Source of the DNA: Acutalibacteraceae bacterium
GTDB lineage: Bacteria; Bacillota; Clostridia; Oscillospirales; Acutalibacteraceae
Assembly: GCA_045648745.1 (NCBI GenBank)
Contig: JAZROM010000078.1
Span: 6,374-70,373 of the forward strand
Length of the DNA stretch: 64,000 nt
Direction of reading: 5' to 3'
The notes below the pieces were generated by a model that saw only the letters and a list, made by a program, of their open reading frames with translations, was not told the DNA's origin and made no database searches. A program made the translations under genes and the position numbers. Shown here one piece after another: positions 60,819 through 64,000 of this stretch. Position 1 is the first letter of the stretch. Each line of letters opens with the position of its first letter.

Positions 60819-61767
60819 AATGGAAATTCATCCTGTAAAATGGTTGTATTACCACCTTCCTGAGCAGACAGAAAATATTGCCGTGCTGATTGCATCTTCA
60901 TATGATGTCAGGCACGATAAACTTGATTCTGTGAAAATTTTACTCGTTTTATCCTTTGCAGATATTACAGACAGTAAAAATCCGCAGGCACTCAGACCTG
61001 AACAGGCGGTTGAAATTCACAGTTACATTGATAACCTTCCGACGAATATCACAAGGCTGTTTATCTGTTGCGAAAGCGGGGAGTCGAGAAGTGCGGCAAT
61101 AGCGGCAGCGGTTTTAAGATATTTCGGTGATGACGATATGCATATATGGCAGAATCCGCATCTGCATCCGAACAGTCTTGTTTATTCAATGTTGTGCGAA
61201 GAATTCGGGTGTACAGTTATGAGTGCTGAGCTGGAACAAAAGTTAAGTATCAGCAACAATGCATTCAACGAAGCAGTGGAGGTTCATCGGAAAAACACAG
61301 GGACACCTGAAATAATTGATATACACAGCAAGGGTGAATATCCGTCGTGTGCACTTTCCAATTTTTTTGCACACTCGTTTGTCATTGATTCGGTCAGGTG
61401 TGCAAGTATGGAAGGCTTTTTACAGGCGCTTAAATTCAGGAGTACTGCAAGACAGATAAAGGTTTGTTCTTTGTCGGGCAAGGAAGCCAAAAATTCAACA
61501 AAATATACCTTTGCGCAGTTCAGGTGGAAGTTGACACAGACACTTTATTGGCAGGGCAAGAAATACAAAAGAGACAGTGATGACTATCAGCTTTTGTTGG
61601 ACAGGGCATATGAAAATTTGTCTGAAAACACAGACTTTACAACGGCGCTCAAGCTCACTGCCGATGCAGACCTTTGCCATACAATCGGTGAAAAAAACAG
61701 CAGAAAAACTGTGCTGACGGAAGAAGAGTTTGTTTCACGCCTGTTGAACATCAGGCGAAAATTATAA
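60802..61767 (+). CDS. Two-domain protein: N-terminal CX5R (dual-specificity/COG5350-like) phosphatase-like domain fused to a C-terminal NADAR (YbiA/DUF1768) domain
   Basis: The phosphatase-like motif is 'LSFADITD...RLFICCESGESRSAAIAAAV' (C-X5-R). The NADAR-like motif is 'ALSNFFAHSFVIDSVRCASMEGFLQALKF'. It overlaps the upstream gene by 17 nt. Confidence 0.65.
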   Translation: MTRHFEMEIHPVKWLYYHLPEQTENIAVLIASSYDVRHDKLDSVKILLVLSFADITDSKNPQALRPEQAVEIHSYIDNLPTNITRLFICCESGESRSAAIAAAVLRYFGDDDMHIWQNPHLHPNSLVYSMLCEEFGCTVMSAELEQKLSISNNAFNEAVEVHRKNTGTPEIIDIHSKGEYPSCALSNFFAHSFVIDSVRCASMEGFLQALKFRSTARQIKVCSLSGKEAKNSTKYTFAQFRWKLTQTLYWQGKKYKRDSDDYQLLLDRAYENLSENTDFTTALKLTADADLCHTIGEKNSRKTVLTEEEFVSRLLNIRRKL

Positions 61768-61784
61768 AATTCTGAGGTGAAAGT

Positions 61785-63158
61785 ATGTTTGCGAAAATAT
61801 ATGATGCAGAAATTAAAATTGACTACAACCACGTGCATGGCTTCAACAGATATCCGTCAGATATTATGGCGGAATATAATCAGTGCATCGAGGAAGGCAT
61901 CGATGTTGAACAGTACAAGGATTTGTTTGAGTCCGTTGCTGCACTTAAAAACGGTGAGATGAAAACAAAGATGAGTGACATCATCTTTGAAACGGTTGTT
62001 AACGCAGGAATGCAGAAGGATTATAAATACAACGAACCGAACAATCTTAAAGAAATCAAAGCTTTGCGTAAGGCACACGACTTTGATGCAGTCAAGCCCG
62101 ATGAAGAAACCCTCCGCAAAAAAATTCTCGGTGCGTGGACGGGCAGAGCGTGTGGTTGTCTTCTCGGAAAACCTGTTGAAGGCATCAGAAGCAATGAGCT
62201 TATCCCTCTTCTCAAGGAAACAGGCAACTACCCGATGCACCGTTATATACTCAGCACGGACATCACGGATGAAGTGAATTCGCATTATACATTTTTCCTG
62301 CGCGGCAAGGCTTACGCGGATACTGTTGACGGTATGCCTGTTGATGATGATACAAACTATGTTGTACTTGCACAGAAGATTATCGAAGACTGTGACAAAA
62401 CTTTCGACTCGGAGGATGTTGCAGATGCGTGGTTAAAATATCAGTCCGTCCATTCGTATTTCACGGCAGAAAGAATCGCGTATGTAAACTTTATTAACTG
62501 CGTTGAACCGCCTGCATCTGCGATGTACAAAAACGTGTGCCGTGAATGGATCGGTGCGCAGATAAGAGGCGACTACTTCGGCTACATAAATCCGGGCAAG
62601 CCCGAAAAGGCAGCTAAAATGGCGTTCACCGACGCAAGAATTTCGCACGTCAAAAACGGAGTTTACGGTGAGATGTTTGTTTCTGCAATGATTGCCTGTG
62701 CGGCAGTTACGGACAGCATTGACGATATCATTCTCGGCGGTCTTGCACAGATTCCCGAAACATCCCGTCTGTATGAGTCTGTGATGAAGATTTATAATGA
62801 TTTCAAAAACGGGGTATCTCTTGACGATTGCTTCAATTATATTCATTCTGCCTACGATGAACACACCGACCACGGCTGGTGCCATACAATCTCAAATGCA
62901 ATGATTGTTACTGCGGCTTTACTTTACGGTGAGGGTGATTTCGGCAAGTCAATCTGCACCGCAGTCGGTATGGCTTTTGATACGGACTGCAACGGTGCAA
63001 CCGTCGGTTCAATCCTCGGTATGCGTGGCGGAATAGACTGTATCGATGAATACTGGAAGAAGCCGGTCAACGGTAAAATTCACACATCAATCTTCGGTGT
63101 CGGCACTGTGAATATTGACGAGGCTGTTGATAAGACAATTGAACACATAAACGGATAA
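61785..63158 (+). CDS. ADP-ribosylglycohydrolase-family protein (DraG/ARH-like) with an N-terminal extension
   Basis: The RBS gaggtga is present. Motifs are 'GAWTGRACGCLLGKPVEG', 'DDDTNY' and 'AFDTDCNGATVGSILG'. Confidence 0.8.
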   Translation: MFAKIYDAEIKIDYNHVHGFNRYPSDIMAEYNQCIEEGIDVEQYKDLFESVAALKNGEMKTKMSDIIFETVVNAGMQKDYKYNEPNNLKEIKALRKAHDFDAVKPDEETLRKKILGAWTGRACGCLLGKPVEGIRSNELIPLLKETGNYPMHRYILSTDITDEVNSHYTFFLRGKAYADTVDGMPVDDDTNYVVLAQKIIEDCDKTFDSEDVADAWLKYQSVHSYFTAERIAYVNFINCVEPPASAMYKNVCREWIGAQIRGDYFGYINPGKPEKAAKMAFTDARISHVKNGVYGEMFVSAMIACAAVTDSIDDIILGGLAQIPETSRLYESVMKIYNDFKNGVSLDDCFNYIHSAYDEHTDHGWCHTISNAMIVTAALLYGEGDFGKSICTAVGMAFDTDCNGATVGSILGMRGGIDCIDEYWKKPVNGKIHTSIFGVGTVNIDEAVDKTIEHING

Positions 63159-63214
63159 CTGAGCAAACATAATATTAAAAAGCAGAAACTTCGGAAATGA
63201 AGTTTCTGCTTTTT

Positions 63215-63697
63215 TTATAGTGAAAATGATTTGGTTTTCAACAAATCTTCCAACAAACCCTCGCACCCGTCAAGCACGTCGCGATAAGTTACATCAAAAC
63301 TGCGTGTGTACCACGGGTCAGCGACGTCACCTCCGCGGTCGGTGTAGTCCATAAGCTTACGGATTTTACCGTCGGGATCACCGTCAAGAATACGGTGCAT
63401 ATTACGGATGTTTGCACTGTCCATCCCGATAAACAGATCGTACTTATCATAGTCAAAGGGACTAAGCTGAACGGCACGCTTGCCCTCGCACGAAAGTCCG
63501 TGCTTTGCGAGCTCAGCTTTTGCAGGCGGATAAACGGGGTTGCCCACACCGTTCCATATCTCCTCGGTGCTTGTTGCCGAGGATTTAATTATAAAATCAT
63601 CTTCCTTGCCCTGTTTTTTCACGAGGTCTTTGAGTATAAATTCTGCCATCGGTGAACGGCAGATGTTGCCGTGGCAGACAAACATTATTTTTATCAT
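63215..63697 (-). CDS. Low-molecular-weight protein-tyrosine phosphatase
   Basis: The motifs are 'IMFVCHGNICRSPMAE' (CX5R(S/T) P-loop) and 'DVADPWY' (DP loop). Confidence 0.9.
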   Translation of the reverse strand: MIKIMFVCHGNICRSPMAEFILKDLVKKQGKEDDFIIKSSATSTEEIWNGVGNPVYPPAKAELAKHGLSCEGKRAVQLSPFDYDKYDLFIGMDSANIRNMHRILDGDPDGKIRKLMDYTDRGGDVADPWYTRSFDVTYRDVLDGCEGLLEDLLKTKSFSL

Positions 63698-63713
63698 ATT
63701 GTTTTTCCCCGTT

Positions 63714-64000
63714 TCAATCTGCGTTGATTACATAAAGCTCAACGCTGTGAGGACGGAGCTTTGTTTTGTAAGAGTTTTTGATTTCAAACTCCTTGTCTGC
63801 CCAGACGTTGTAAACATCGTATTCATCTGCTTTCGGAAGGTCAACAAAGTTTTCTTTGATAATATCGTTTATGTTGAACGAAACTTCGGCTTCCTTCGGA
63901 CCCTTGTTAAGAAGACAGACTGCGACTTTTTTGTTTTCAAGCGGCTTTACAAGTACATCTGTCAGACCGTTTGTTTTGATACGTCGGCATTGTATACCGA
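63714..64000 (-). CDS. 3' end of a gene running off the window; the C-terminal beta-sandwich resembles GH27-type alpha-galactosidase
   Basis: My own minus-strand translation is '...TDVLVKPLENKKVAVCLLNKGPKEAEVSFNINDI...YDVYNVWADKEFEIKNSYKTKLRPHSVELYVINAD*'. This ORF is not in the supplied track because it is open at the window edge. Confidence 0.5.
   Translation of the reverse strand, partial: GIQCRRIKTNGLTDVLVKPLENKKVAVCLLNKGPKEAEVSFNINDIIKENFVDLPKADEYDVYNVWADKEFEIKNSYKTKLRPHSVELYVINAD

Noticed and set aside
1-64000. Mobile genetic elements, prophage, integrative island, CRISPR-Cas, tRNA/rRNA genes
   Set aside because: No ORF in the six-frame track shows transposase, integrase/recombinase, phage structural or Cas signatures that I can recognise. 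There are no regularly spaced direct repeats with unique spacers and no tRNA cloverleaf candidates. The only dispersed repeat is the non-coding element described in the findings.

Overview
The window looks like chromosomal DNA from a low-GC Firmicute. It is probably a Ruminococcus/Oscillospiraceae-type gut or rumen anaerobe, inferred from type I dockerin modules on BspA-like leucine-rich-repeat (LRR) surface proteins and from Gram-positive RBS and terminator style. I saw no rRNA, tRNA, CRISPR array, transposase or integrase. All domain calls below come from motif recognition by eye, not from searches.

Layout:
- 1-10.5 kb: two paralogous giant dockerin-bearing LRR surface proteins. Each is followed by its own terminator and then a copy of a repeated, structured intergenic element.
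- 11.4-31.3 kb: a co-directional minus-strand supercluster. It encodes 2 Hanks Ser/Thr kinases, 2 PP2C phosphatases, 2 paralogous HTH-like unknowns, 3 membrane-anchored FHA proteins, a SEDS (FtsW/RodA) plus class-B PBP pair, an S2P/M50-like protease, a Lon protease with two tandem Lon AAA+ modules, and small unknown proteins.
- 31.9-39.1 kb: a plus-strand cluster of secreted BspA-LRR and other surface proteins.
- 39.2-41.2 kb: an AgrC/AgrA-like (GHKL histidine kinase plus LytTR regulator) pair.
- 41.6-42.6 kb: a metallophosphoesterase.
- 43.0-49.9 kb: two near-duplicate cobalamin riboswitches. They precede a putative surface B12-capture operon and an ECF transporter with a fused A-A'-S polypeptide.
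- 50-64 kb: mostly housekeeping or accessory genes. These include a ClC channel, a WbsX-like protein, a radical SAM/SPASM enzyme coupled to a membrane protein with a (Cys-Ala)4 tail, BNR propellers, an ICMT-like methyltransferase, a TPR protein, DUF4037, a DnaA-like ATPase, a phosphatase-NADAR fusion, an ADP-ribosylglycohydrolase, an LMW-PTP and a partial GH27-like gene end.

Best candidates for something undescribed:
1. The expanded FHA/PP2C/kinase/SEDS-bPBP cluster coupled to the tandem-AAA+ Lon and the S2P-like protease.
2. A Phe-rich amphipathic C-terminal helix shared by five otherwise different secreted proteins.
3. The multi-copy structured intergenic element, which ends in a C-rich stretch plus a terminator.
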